Part shown: piece after piece, positions 26,950 through 38,292 of the stretch
Layout of the letters: each line of letters opens with the position of its first letter
How positions within the stretch are numbered: position 1 is the stretch's first letter
NCBI GenBank assembly: GCA_013239625.1
Contig: MU053934.1
Location: 11,877,559 to 11,936,403 of the forward strand
Reading direction: 5' to 3'
Source: Lama guanicoe
Lineage: Eukaryota
DNA length: 58,845 nt
Notes under the pieces: model-generated
Seen by the model: only the letters and a program-made list of their open reading frames with translations
Databases searched by the model: none
Told to the model about the DNA's origin: nothing
Translations under genes and position numbers: made by a program

Positions 26950-27355
26950 CGTCAAAAGATACGGAGGGAACATAAACGTGCATCCCTGAGTGAAAGAAAC
27001 TCGCCTGGAAACCCCACTTGCTATGTGATTTCAGCTCTAGGACATTCTGCAGAAGCAAAACCGTGGAGACAGGAAAAGACTCGGGGTCGCCTGGGGGTGG
27101 GGGTGGGGAGCACAGAGGACTTTCAGGGCAGAGAAACGGCTCTGTGGGACACTGCAACGGTAGACACACATCATGACACGTGTGTCCCCACCCACAGAAG
27201 ACACGGCACCAAGAGGGAGGCAGGGTGCGAACAGTGGACATGGGTGATGCTGACAAGTCGCCTGTAGCGACGGCCAGTCTGGTAGGGGAGGGGCAGGGGG
27301 ATCTGAGACATGCCTGCAGTTTTGCTGTGAACCTAAAACTGCTCTAAAAAATTAA
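26950..27355 (+). mobile_element. LINE-1 3'UTR (L1MC-like)
   Basis: tgatttcagctctaggacattctgcagaagcaaaaccgtggagacag...ttttgctgtgaacctaaaactgctctaaaaa. Confidence 0.8.
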
Positions 27356-28399
27356 GCCTAGCACTTAATATACAGTTCTAAAATACAAAATAAACAAACA
27401 AACAGGGGCATCAGCAGCCCCTCCCCAGAGAGCTGGGCTTGGCCATCCGCGCACTCTGGAACGTCCGGGAACTGCACGAACACCACCTCCACCCAGCGGC
27501 TCTCTGACAATCTGGCGTCGGGGGGACAGCAGGGGCCCCAGGGCCTCCCGGGTCCGCCCAGCACCAGGCACAGGAGGGCCAGGGACCTCAGAGCCCCCAG
27601 AGTTGAGTGAGACCGCCAGGGCCACCCCAGCCCACTCCCCGCCTGACACGACAGAGTCTTCCACGTGCCCGGAAACGCGAGGATTCCTCTCAAGACAGCG
27701 CTCACTTCCCGTGGGGTGCCCCCTCTCCGCCATCAGGAAGCCTCCCTCCCAGGGCCCTGGCCTCCCTCTCTCCATGCCTCCCCTTGGCCGGATCCAGCCC
27801 TGGAACTGCACGAGACACGGCCACCGGCTCTGCCCCTCCCTCCCTTCCCTTTCCCCACTTTTCCCAGCCCCTCAGAGTCTCTCATCTGACCGCTTCTGAG
27901 CCACTCTGCCTGGCAAGCCCCTCGCACTGGCTGTGCTGTTCACAGCAATGGACACACAAGTGACCGTCCCCTCCACCATTCTTCATGCTCTGCTCTCATT
28001 AATGCAACCTGGCAGTGCACTCCCTTGAGGGGCAGTGATGTTCTCCCTTCAGCTCACAGTCAGACCGCAGCCGGCTCAGACCCCCTGCCGTCCTCACGCT
28101 CTGCTGTGAGGCCACGCCACCCTCTCCCTGTTGTTTGCTGTGGATGTCTGGGCAGAGTCTCGGGGCTCCGTGCACTGTCTTAAAGAGGCCCAGCTCTCAG
28201 ACTAACTCTAGAGTGAACACGGGTGTCATGTCACCCCAGTTCCATCCTTCAACCTCCGAGCTGTTCCTGGGATGGTGAGCACCCTGTCCTGAGCGTCCTC
28301 AGCACGTGGGACAAGGCAGGGCCCAGGGCGGACACCTGCCACCACCTGGGTCCGTGCTCCTCGAGAGACACGGAAAAGCCAGCTCGGAACCAGGACAGG

Positions 28400-28565
28400 C
28401 TGGAATCCTGACCTGTCCCTCACTGGTCACTTATTTAATGTCCCCTGCCTCTGTTTCCCCACTTAAAAACAGGGTGGTAAACATTTGTACGGTCAGAGTT
28501 GTGAGGGTTAACGAGTTAATGTGTGGAGAAGTGGCCCCCACAACACACACACACTCGGAAAGCAC
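28400..28565 (+). mobile_element. MIR SINE fragment
   Basis: tgcctctgtttccccacttaaaaacaggg...gttgtgagggttaacgagttaat resembles the MIR core. Confidence 0.65.
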
Positions 28566-28744
28566 TGGCGTTTCCTCCTCATCCACATTTTCTGCCAGGT
28601 CCTTAAAAAGGTCACATGCAATATCAGACGCCCAGCCCATCTCCTCCTGCTCCAGGGCCCAGCTCGCCCTAGACGGAAAAGTCGCCCCTGGGGAGGAGCC
28701 AGAGGGCCTCCCTTTCTGTGTTCACAAAGTCCCTTCTGAGGGCA

Positions 28745-28860
28745 CATTCTAGAACACTACCGAGGTGTCAGGGACAAGCCAGGTGGCGGTGGGGGCGGGG
28801 CGGGAGGGGAGCGCCGCGGCGCAGAGCCCCCGGGAGCCGCCGGCCTGGCCCCGCCGAGCG
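28745..28860 (+). promoter_or_regulatory. 5' edge of a CpG island; putative promoter of the DHHC gene
   Basis: Abrupt rise in CpG and GC; overlapping GC boxes GGGGCGGGGCGGG at 28792-28804 immediately upstream of the gap and CDS. Confidence 0.55.
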
Positions 28861-28982
28861 NNNNNNNNNNNNNNNNNNNNNNNNNNNNNNNNNNNNNNNN
28901 NNNNNNNNNNNNNNNNNNNNNNNNNNNNNNNNNNNNNNNNNNNNNNNNNNNNNNNNNNNNNNNNNNNNNNNNNNNNNNNNNN
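28861..28982. other. Assembly gap (122 N) inside the CpG island / 5' part of the CDS
   Basis: Run of N. Confidence 1.
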
Positions 28983-28983
28983 C

Positions 28984-29532
28984 TCCCCGCCCGAGCCCGG
29001 CCAGGCGCCCCGCGGCCCCCGCTGCCCGCTCTGCGGCGCCGCGCGCCCGCCGGGCGCCTTCCACTGCAGCGTGTGCGGCCGCTGCATCCGCAGGATGGAC
29101 CACCACTGCCCGTGGGTCAACAACTGCGTGGGCGAGGACAACCAGAAGTTCTTCGTGCTGTTCACGCTCTACACGGCGCTGGCCGCGCTGCACGTGCTGC
29201 TGCTGCTCGGCGTCCCCGCGCTGCGCGCCTACGCGCTCGGGGAGTGGGGCCTGCAGAGCAGCGTGCGGCTCCCGGGCTCGCTCCTCTTCCTCTTCCTGGT
29301 GGCCCTGAACGGCTTCCTCTTCGCCGCCGTGGTATTCATCGTCCAGATGCACAGCATCCTCACGGACCAAACCACCCTCGAGCAGCCAGAGGGGGAGAGG
29401 GGCCGGCCGGGCCGCGCGTCCCCGTGGACGAACCTGAAGGCCGTCCTGGGCCACCGCCCCTCCCCGGCCTGGATCAGCCCCTTCGCCGCCCCGGAACCTC
29501 GGGCCGCCAGCGGGCCGCCCAACGTGGCCTGA
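28984..29532 (+). CDS. ZDHHC25: DHHC-type palmitoyltransferase, intronless, ZDHHC3/7-related (likely Zdhhc25 orthologue); 5'-partial
   Basis: CPLC...RPPGAFHCSVCGRCIRRMDHHCPWVNNCVGEDNQKFF (DHHC at 29098-29109), two hydrophobic helices, TTLE (TTxE motif, 29371-29382), NLKAVLG (PaCCT-like), stop TGA at 29530-29532. LLLLGVPALRAYALGEW resembles my recollection of mouse Zdhhc25. The family call is near certain; the exact symbol is less so. Confidence 0.88.
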   Translation, partial: SPPEPGQAPRGPRCPLCGAARPPGAFHCSVCGRCIRRMDHHCPWVNNCVGEDNQKFFVLFTLYTALAALHVLLLLGVPALRAYALGEWGLQSSVRLPGSLLFLFLVALNGFLFAAVVFIVQMHSILTDQTTLEQPEGERGRPGRASPWTNLKAVLGHRPSPAWISPFAAPEPRAASGPPNVA

Positions 29533-29809
29533 GGCCTCCTGTGGGAGTCTGCCGCCATCCACTAAATTGGAGCAGGCGTTCGGGGGGAGATGGCAGCAGC
29601 AGACTCAACAGCAAGGCGCCTTTCCTCCGCGTCCGCTGAGCAGGCCGGCAAGACCGAGAATTTAAAAAGTGCCAGGTTCTCGTCTGAGCAGAAAGCAGGG
29701 TTTAGGACATGCAAGCTTCCAAGAAAATACGTGAGGCCAGACCCTTTCCCCAGAGGAGCGTGAACTGTACGGCCCCTTGCTCTGCGCCAGCATTTTCATG
29801 AGGAAAACA

Positions 29810-29815
29810 ATTAAA
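29810..29815 (+). terminator. Candidate polyadenylation signal ATTAAA for the DHHC gene
   Basis: ATTAAA lies ~280 nt after the stop codon, with GT-rich sequence downstream (gtgtggtgg). Confidence 0.35.
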
Positions 29816-29999
29816 TCCACAACATGCAGGAACAAAGTGTGGTGGACTGGTGGAGCAGCCTGCTAAACGTGGCAGCTACACAGCGGTAACGGCGTGGCCC
29901 CTCAGCCCTGGTCTGTTGTGAGTGGCCAGGCTGCCTAACCTGGTGTCCAGCCCTCCTTGCGGTCCTGACAAACCAGCTCCCTGGCGTTGGATACGTGTA

Positions 30000-32620
30000 C
30001 AGCCTGTTGGGTTGGGCGAGCTAGTATTCTGTTTAGGACTCTGTGTTTATGCTCACCAAGGAAATGCGTCTATAGATTTCTACACTTTCATTAACCTGAT
30101 TTGCTTGTCATTTACTGCAGATCACATGACCCATATAAAATGAGCAGGGCGGCCACGGCTCTTTATATATTTCCTGAACAGTCTGCATGCAGTTGGCACC
30201 AGCTGCTGCTTAAAAGTTCGGTGGATCTCACCGAACCATCAAGGTTTGGTTTTCTTGTTTACCTTTGTATTTTGAGATACTTGTAGATGTCATGGAGGCC
30301 CCTTGTACCGCTCACCCGGCTTCCCCCATGGTACTGCGTGCTACAGCTGCTGAGCTGCAGTGCAACAGCACACCAGCAAGTCACCACTGGCACAACACGC
30401 TGACCTTATTCACATGTCCCCAGTTTTACATGCACTCATTTGTGTGTCCATGCATGTGCGTAGTTTTGTCACGTGTGTAGGCTTGTGGGTGCACCACCAC
30501 CGTCCCTCTCCACTCTACACCTGGGCAATGACTAATCCGTTCTCCGTCTCTGGTTTTGTCATTTCAAGAATGCTGTAGGAGGGGGATTACTGTGTGATGC
30601 GTCATCTTCTGAGATTGTTGTTTTTCACACAACTTATTCCCCTTGGGATTCATTTAAGGAGCTGCCTCCATGAACAGTTCGTTCCTGTTGGTTGCTGAGT
30701 AATACTCCACAATGACCACCATTTAGCCGCCTGCTGACTGAAGGACACTCGAGTTGTTTCCAGTTATACTACAAAATTGCTATGAACACTTGTGTACAGG
30801 TTTTTGTGTGAATGGAGGTTTTCATTTCCCTAGGATAAATGCACAGAATTTCATACCTGGGTCGTATGGGTAGTTGCATGTTTAGTTTTGGGAGAAAAAA
30901 GAAAATCTGCCGCACCTTTTCCGAGAACACTGCGCCGCCTTGAACCCGCACCGGCAGCGTGGGAGCGCTCCGTTTTCCCTGCATCCCCGCCAGCATTTGA
31001 TGTCATCACTGGTTTTTAAGCCACCTGGTACGTGTGTGGCGACCTCACTGCAGTTTGCGTTTTCCTGGGGATGTTGGCCATTTTTCACGTGCTTACCTGC
31101 CGTCTGTGTACTCACGTCAGCGAGGTGTCTGCTCACGTCTTTTGCCCATTTCCTAGTTGGACTGTTTTTCCCGTTGAGCCCTGAGGGCTCCTTGTGCACC
31201 CCTTCTGCGGGCCGGCGCCAGCTGTGCGGCTTGCAGCTGTTTCATTCTGTGGCTTGTCTTCACCCTCGTCACAGGGGCTTCCGCCCCATGAAGCAGAGGG
31301 CGCTTTCACTTTTCACTTTGAGGCCCTGTTCATCCATTTTTCCTTTATTGGTCTTGCTAAAGTTTTATCAGTTTCATTTTTTTCAAAGCAGTTTTGAGTT
31401 TTAATTTTCTTCATTGCTTTCCTGTTTTTGTTGATTTCTGCTCTTTGTTGTTTCTTTCCTTCTGGCTTTAGGTTTCCTTGGTTCTTCTTTTACTAACTTC
31501 TTAAGTTGGAAGGTTATGTTATGGACTTCTTTCTTCTGTTTCTAATATAAGAATTTATGTTGTAAATTTCCCTTTAAGCACACACTCCAGCCAGATCTTA
31601 CAAATTTGGGTATGTTGCATTTCCATTTTTGTCAGTTGGAAGTATTTTTTAAATTCCTTTGAGACATTCCTTTGGTCCATGGATTACTCAGATTGTGTTG
31701 TTTAATTTCCAAGTGTTTGAAGATTCCCTCTGCTGTCTTTCTGCTTCTGGTGTCCAGTTTAATTTCATTAAGCTCAGAGAACACATTGTTCAATTACAGT
31801 GCTTTCAGTTGTGTTAAGGTTTGCTCTATGACCAGAGGAGCAACCATCTTGGTGACAGTCCAATGTGCTCTTCAAGAGTGCTGATCAGACCTGGCAGGTC
31901 GACAGTGCTAGTTGCTGTTTTGAACCCCTGTCGTTAGGTGCGTACACATTTAGGGTTGTTATGTGTCTTCTGTGAAGTGATCTGTTCATCGGACGTGATG
32001 TCCCTCTTTCTCTCACCCCTTCAGCCTGTCTGTGCTGAAACTATCAATCTTGCTTAAGTTTTACCAGTTTTACCTTTTCAAAGGAACAGTTTTCAAAGAA
32101 GCATTCCCTTTGAAGTCGGTTTCTTGTAGACAGCACATAGTTCATGCTTTCTTATTCATTCTGACTTCTGTCCTTTAATTAGACCATTTACATTTAGTGC
32201 AATTTTTCTGGTTAGGTCTACTGTTTTATTTGCTTTCTGCTTTTCATTTTCCTGTTTCTTCTTTCACTCTGTTTCAGTTACTTGAACTTTCTTGGGTATT
32301 TCATTCTAACTCATCTATTGTGTTGTTTTGCTCTGTCAGCTCGTTTACTGCATCTCCTGGTGCCACTTTCTGAGTGGTCGCTTTAGGGGTTACGGTATGC
32401 ATACTCACCTTTCCACAGTCAACTGAGAATCAGTATTTTATCCATTCAGCTAGAAGGCGGGAGCCTTCCCCTTTCTAGTTTAGTCCTCTTGTTTGTTATG
32501 TCTACAGACGTAAAACTCCCTCAATGTTATAATTTTTACTTTCAGTGATAATTTTAAAACAAAACTTTTGAAAGTCAGGAGAAGGAAAATCTATCATATT
32601 TACTCAGATAGTCACTGACT
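30000..32620 (-). mobile_element. Nested old LINE-1 fragments (3'UTR, ORF2)
   Basis: T-rich plus strand; the minus translation includes ILCIYPREMKTSIHTKTCTQVFIA and NSPTRKWAKDVSRH, both L1 ORF2 C-terminal motifs. Confidence 0.85.
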
Positions 32621-33019
32621 TTGATGTTTTTAAAGTTGACTAGAGTGACCCCAGGCTGCTACAGATGCACCATCAGATGGAACCTCCAGGGATCACATCT
32701 CAGGGTCCAAGTGGGGGTGGGGTCAGGCATGATGACCTGGGACTGGGGACCCATATCGGATTCTGCAGGAGTCCCGGCCAATGCAGGCATAGGGCTTTAT
32801 GCAGCAGACGCACTAGCAGAACCAGGAGATCTCCTTTTCGTGGACAGCCACCAGCCCAGAGTGTGAAGCAGGTGTACTCCTGCCCCTCCCCCACTAGGAC
32901 GGCCTGGGCCCAAGGAGCCCCCCGCGGGGTACCGGATTGGACACTGGACATCCCGGGACTCCTGCTGCTGCAAACGCAGTTGTGCCGCTTACCATCAGGG
33001 GCCACACTGAGCTCTTTCC

Positions 33020-33200
33020 ATATGTCAACCTGCTCATCTTCACACCAATCCTGGAACAGCTGGTGTTTTCAGCCCCGTTTTACAGATGGGAAAACAGAAT
33101 AGAGAGAGGCCAGTCAAATTCCCCAAGATGACACAGCAGTAACTGGTGAGGCTGGGTTCTGGACCCAGAGAGCCTGGCCTGGGGCTGCTCACCTACCCAC
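33020..33200 (-). mobile_element. MIR SINE
   Basis: ccccgttttacagatgggaaaacaga...ccccaagatgacacagcagtaactggtgaggctggg is the reverse MIR core. Confidence 0.75.
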
Positions 33201-33289
33201 CACGCTGCCGGGACAGCCAAAAGCTAAGTGAGTTCAAAGCAGCAGGGCCTGGATTGAGGGGCATAAAGGCAAGAGCCTGTTGGTGGCAC

Positions 33290-33357
33290 ACAGTGCATCT
33301 GCTTCAGACCACGAAGTTTTGGGGCTGATTGTTATGCAGCAAAGGCTAGCTGATACA
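33290..33357 (+). mobile_element. MaLR (MLT1-type) LTR 3' end
   Basis: ccacgaagttttggggctgattgttatgcagcaaaggctagctgataca. Confidence 0.7.
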
Positions 33358-33369
33358 AGGGGAAAGGGC

Positions 33370-36240
33370 TTAGGTTGGTATCTTTCCTTTGTTATTTGAT
33401 AGAAAAGAATAGTCTTTAGCTTAGATGTGAGATACAAGAAATAACTATAAATGAACACTTGAATTTCTACCACTCAGGCTCAAAAAGCAGAATTTCTGAA
33501 GCCACTGTGTGACCCACCCCCACCACACCCCCTCCACCCTGTGAAACACCATCCTGAATTTTGTGTTTCTAGCTTCCTGGATTTTTTTAAATCTTTTTTC
33601 CACATCTGTGAGGAAGCCCAAGGGATGTGCTGCTTGGTTGGGGTGCTCTGGCCCCAGGGCAAGTGGACTCGTGCTGGCGTTATGCTGGGATGCTGTCTCC
33701 TCTCTCCGTGAAGTGCCCAAGCCTGCACGTCCTGCGAGTCACTCACTTTGGTGTCACCCACTGAAAGTGTCCCAACTGGTTTGTCCACTCCACCACACCA
33801 GGCACCTGGGCTGTTTCCATCTTTCGCAAAGTTACAAAAATCACCATGATGACAATTCACACACACACACACACACCCATGCCCAGAAGAGAGCTTGTCT
33901 CGGACTTCCCGCAGGTGTGCAGGGGGACTAGGTATGGATATGTGCGGGCAGGTGCGATGCCCTGGGCCATTTACTTCACATGCACACTCTGTCCTTGTCC
34001 ACAGGGGCCATGACGGGAAAGGCTGGAAACCACTTGAAGGGACACACGCCCCAACGCTGCTCAGTTTCACTTACTCTCGCTCTGAATCGACCCCAACAGT
34101 TTACACTCCCCCAGCCCAGCCCCACAGCCTCACCAGTGCTCGGTGGTGTCAGACTGTGGAGGGTGTGTGAAACGCTTTTAATTACACTTCTAATTTGCAT
34201 CCAGCTGAATACTGGGAGCTTCTCCCCAGGACAACCCTGTTTCTCTTCCAAGCTCCAATCCTTCATTCATTGTTGTCGTATTTGTCTGTTTCTTGTTGAT
34301 TTGTAGGAGTTAGTACCACATTCTGGACACAGTCCTTTGTCAGCAGAATGCATCACAGATATCTCCTCCCAGTTGGTGGCCTCTGTGTCCATCTACTTAT
34401 GCTGTTGATGAATTTAATATAGCCGAGCATGTCAATCTTTTCCTTTGTGTTTGTATTTCTGGGGCTTAAAGAAATTATTCCTTAGTCCATAGTCATAGTA
34501 TGTTCTCCTATGTTGTCTTATAAAATTGTTATAAGTGTTTATATGACCGTTAAGTGCTTAATCCATCTGGAACTGATTTCTGTGTATGGAGGGAGATTAG
34601 ACGCTGCTATCTTCGCTTTTCTAGATGGTAACCAACTTCTCCAGCATCAATGATCAATGTCTGCTTTCCCCACTGGGGGGGCAATGCCAGCTCTGTTAGA
34701 AATCACACAGTGATTACATCTCAGACTTCTCCCCAGACCCTGCACATCATCAGGACCAGGCTCTGTGCCCCCATCAGGGGCCCACGTTCAGTGACAACTC
34801 ATCTCCCAGGATGTCCTCTTTCTCCACAGCTCTGGGCTCCGTGGACTCCTTACTTTCCTGGTAGTTCAGTGACCTGATGAAAAGATCTTTTAAAATAGAT
34901 TGGGTCAAATTGAGTACACTCCAATAAAAAATAGGAATTAGAAAGAAAAAGAATAGGTTGTAACCAGCACTTACAGTTGTTTTTGGTCGGATTCTATTAC
35001 ATCCACTGCATTGTGGGTAGACCCCCTGAATAGATCACCTCACTCACAGCCCGTGGGCATTCAGACTCGCCATCACGCTTGCCAGCTTATTTGATCACAA
35101 TCCTTTCCGGCATTTCAGTCTAAAATACACCCTCTCAAGTTCTTTCAGTGAAAGCAAACTCCTGGTCTTGGTCTCAAACTGTCTTTACCCTCACTCTTGA
35201 ATATTTTAGCTGGGTATAGAATTCTGCATTGACGGTTGCTTTCCAACCACACGTTGAAGATCTCACATTGCCCTCAGCCATCACACTTCTGATGAGAAGT
35301 CTTTTTTTCTAGTTGTCTTTGTTTGGATAGTAATGTTTCTGCTCTCTGGTAAAGTGTGATATTTTTATGTGTGTGTGTATGTGAATGTGTATGAGAATTG
35401 TGTGGGGGTGTGTCTATATGTGGATACATGTGGACGTATGGGTGTGTGTGTGGATGTGTGTGGGTGTGAGTGTGTGCCTGGGCCTCTAATGTTCTGCCAT
35501 GTCACTTCAACTTCAACATGATCAGGGTGTGTATTTGGTCTTTACTTGCTTCAGTCAGTAGCTGTTTTCTTGACTCTTGGAAAACTCATCTAGCATCTCT
35601 CCAGGCACTGCCCATCCACTGACCCCCCTCTTTTCCTTCCTCTGGAATCTCGGCAGGTGAGTGCTGGACTTTCCTGTTCCACCTCTCACCCCATCTCTTC
35701 TCTTTGTGAGAAAGTGACTTTCTCAGATCTGTCCTCAAATTCACTGATTTTCTCCTCAGTTGTATCTAATCAACCATCTAACCTGTCTGTTTACTTCTCA
35801 CATTAAATAACTCTGATTTTTCTTCTACACATTCTCTCTCTTTCTTTTTCGTTTGTTTACAATTTATCTCCTTTACTCATAGTTTCTTATTTTTGCCTTA
35901 TTGTTCTTGTATTATTTATTTTCCTTACAAATGTTAGACACACCCATTTTAAAGGAGCTCGTAGAATGTTCCACCATCTTTCATCTCCAGGTGCACAGGC
36001 CCCCATTTCTTTCATCAGCCCCCAGGGTGATTCATTCCCTCGGCATGTTTTCATCTTTCATTCTGAGCTCACCTCTAGTGGGTTCTTCTCCATGGCAGCC
36101 TCCTTTGCTTAATTTGTGGAAAACCACACCCCCAGGACACAGGGCTTTCACTGGATCCACACATGTTTGCATCTTAACTCTTTAAGTTGTCTTCCCAGGG
36201 AACAAGGGGTGTAAATCCCACATACAGACGCGATTAAGGC
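33370..36240 (-). mobile_element. Patchwork of old LINE-1 fragments (3'UTR, ORF2, ORF1/5')
   Basis: T-rich, e.g. ttaatccatctggaactgatttctgtgtatgg, ttttagctgggtatagaattctg and ttctgatgagaagtc; interrupted by (CA)/(GT) tracts. Confidence 0.7.
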
Positions 36241-36313
36241 TGGAGTCTCCCATCTTCCTTCCACTGAGAAGCTCTTACCAAGCACGTATCCTGAACCAGG
36301 CACCTCACTCTTA

Positions 36314-36495
36314 CCTGACCCCTAGTCCACCCCAGCCCTGACCCCTGGCCACCCCAGCCATGACCCCTGACCCCCAACCCCCAGCCCTGACCCCCAGCCC
36401 TGACCCCAGACACCCCAGCCCTGACCCCCCAGCCCACCCCAGCCATGACCCCCAGCCCTGACCCCAGCCCACCCCTGCCCTGACCCCTGACCTCT
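36314..36495. repeat. C-rich degenerate tandem repeat built on CCCTGACCCC(CAG)
   Basis: Ten TGACCC plus one TGACCT in ~180 bp. Confidence 0.9.
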
Positions 36496-36644
36496 GGCCA
36501 CCTTGCTGCATCCACCACTTGTCAGTGGTTTCTTTCATCCGCTTCATGGGGAAGGAGGCCGTCAACTTCCCTGCAAGCCTGGTCCTTGGTGTCCATGTGG
36601 ACTTTGTGCCCCTAAAGCCCAGCCTTGAGCCTTCAGCACTTCCT

Positions 36645-36796
36645 CCCAGCACCCCGCCCCGCCCTCAGTCTCCTGGACCCTTCATCCTCCTGGGCCGGGG
36701 AGACCCCAACCCTTTTACTTCCCAGCACCCCGCCCCGCCCTCAGTCTCTTGGATCCTTCGCCCTCCTGGGCCGGGGGGGACCCTGCCCCCTAACCT
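36645..36796. repeat. ~76-bp tandem duplication
   Basis: cccagcaccccgccccgccctcagtctc.tgga.ccttc...cctcctgggccgggg starts at both 36645 and 36721. Confidence 0.9.
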
Positions 36797-37897
36797 TCTC
36801 TGCATATTTCTGTCCTATACTAGCATCTCCAAGCTGTGGGCCTGGGGAGCAGGTCAGAGGGAGTCAGGGAGGAGCTGACCCTGGGAGGGGAGGAGAGGTG
36901 TTAAAAAGTCAGGAGGGAACTGAGCTTCCCCCAGGCCCCACCCTGACAGAGGACAGGGACAGAGCAGGCTGACGCAACTTAATTAGGGGGGACTCAATTC
37001 CCAGTCACTGGAGCTCAGGGGGGCCCTTAAACCCCACTGGGGCTGCTGCCCGGCCCCTCCCTCTCTCTGCCCAGCTGGGGAGGAGACGTGCCCTAGCCAT
37101 GCCTGCATTCCTTCCCCAGGCCCCGACTTATGCCGCCTGGGACCCTGCCCCACCAGGCGTCAGATCTGGGGAGAGACGGAGAGAAGGCCGGCCTTGAGTC
37201 CCTCCCGGGACAGCAGCCGCAGGGGGACCAGTCGGCCTGGACGCCCCCAGGACCAGGACCAGCGCCTGGAAGGAGCCCAGGGAGCAGGTTCCCCAGCCGC
37301 GCTCGGTCAGCTGCCCCTCGGACGTCCGGTCTCTCCCACCCGTGACCGGGGAAGGCGGCTAAACCTGGCAAAGATTCCTGAACCGGCATCTGGTGGAAGC
37401 ACAGGCCAGCGAGCTCGATTACAAGCGTCTCCAGAAGCTGCAGGAAAATCAATCTCTTTTCATCTTGGAAATAATGAAATTTTCCGAATTCCTGCCCAAA
37501 GACTATGGTGGGCCAGGCGGGCACTGCGCTCCAGGGGATCCTGTGAAGGTGGAGAGCTGGACGTGCCAGACCCGAGGAGCTGGCCAAGCTTGTCCACCAG
37601 GGCCCAGTGCTCCTGGCTCAGAGCCACTCACCTCCGCTGTCCCCGGGCCTCCCTGTCCCGGGCACACACAGCAGGCGAAGGGACAGGCCCCCAGGGAGGG
37701 TGTCAGCAGGGCCGGGTCAGGGCCAGGGGGCCACGCCATCTGCTCCAGGACCCGCCCGGGATGTTGCGTCTCCTTGGCCGCCTCTGGTCTGTGACAGGTT
37801 CCCAGAGGAGGGGACAGCGTCAAAGAGACCACAGACCCAGGAGGTCGGGAGGGCCCCCGCGACAAGCAGAGAGAGGCCTGGGGGCCTAGTAGGGCAG

Positions 37898-38120
37898 CAC
37901 GTGTGCGTGTGCGGGTGCACTGGTCCCCATGTGCGCGTGTTCGGGTGCACGGTCCCCACGTGTGCGCATGTGGGCCTGTGTCTGTGCACACGCGGTATGT
38001 GAGCGTGCCGAGGTGTCTGTATGTCCTGTGAGGTGCACACGTGCGTGCGTGTGCGTGCACAGGAGTTCTTGGTGCGGGCCTGCGTGACTGGTGGTGTTTT
38101 CTGTGCACATGTGCGTGTTG
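37898..38120. repeat. GT/GC-rich low-complexity tract
   Basis: Imperfect (GT)n/(GTGC)n. Confidence 0.75.
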
Positions 38121-38292
38121 CCAACTAAAAATTGTGGCTGGCCACCAGGCTTAGAAGAATGCAGCCACTGACCTTCCACACAGCCTGAGAGGCGTGCAGG
38201 GGGGCCCAGGAGCGCAGAGCGCTGGCAAGCGCTGACCAGCGCTGACAGAGCGGCCCGCAGGTGGTCAGGTACTTCAGAAGATTTTATGAGCC

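Noticed and set aside
28765..28860. ORF-track N-terminus MSGTSQVAVG... of the DHHC protein
   Set aside because: It starts at GTG, the frame is carried across N's of uncertain length, and it does not resemble ZDHHC N-termini.
28768..29562. 264-aa antisense ORF (and the 188-aa alternative + frame) over the DHHC gene
   Set aside because: Shadow ORFs expected from ~97% GC3 codon usage; no recognisable domain.
37393..37520. Protein-like stretch SELDYKRLQKLQENQSLFILEIMKFSEFLPKDY
   Set aside because: No recognisable homologue and no convincing splice sites; more likely an AT-richer non-coding patch.
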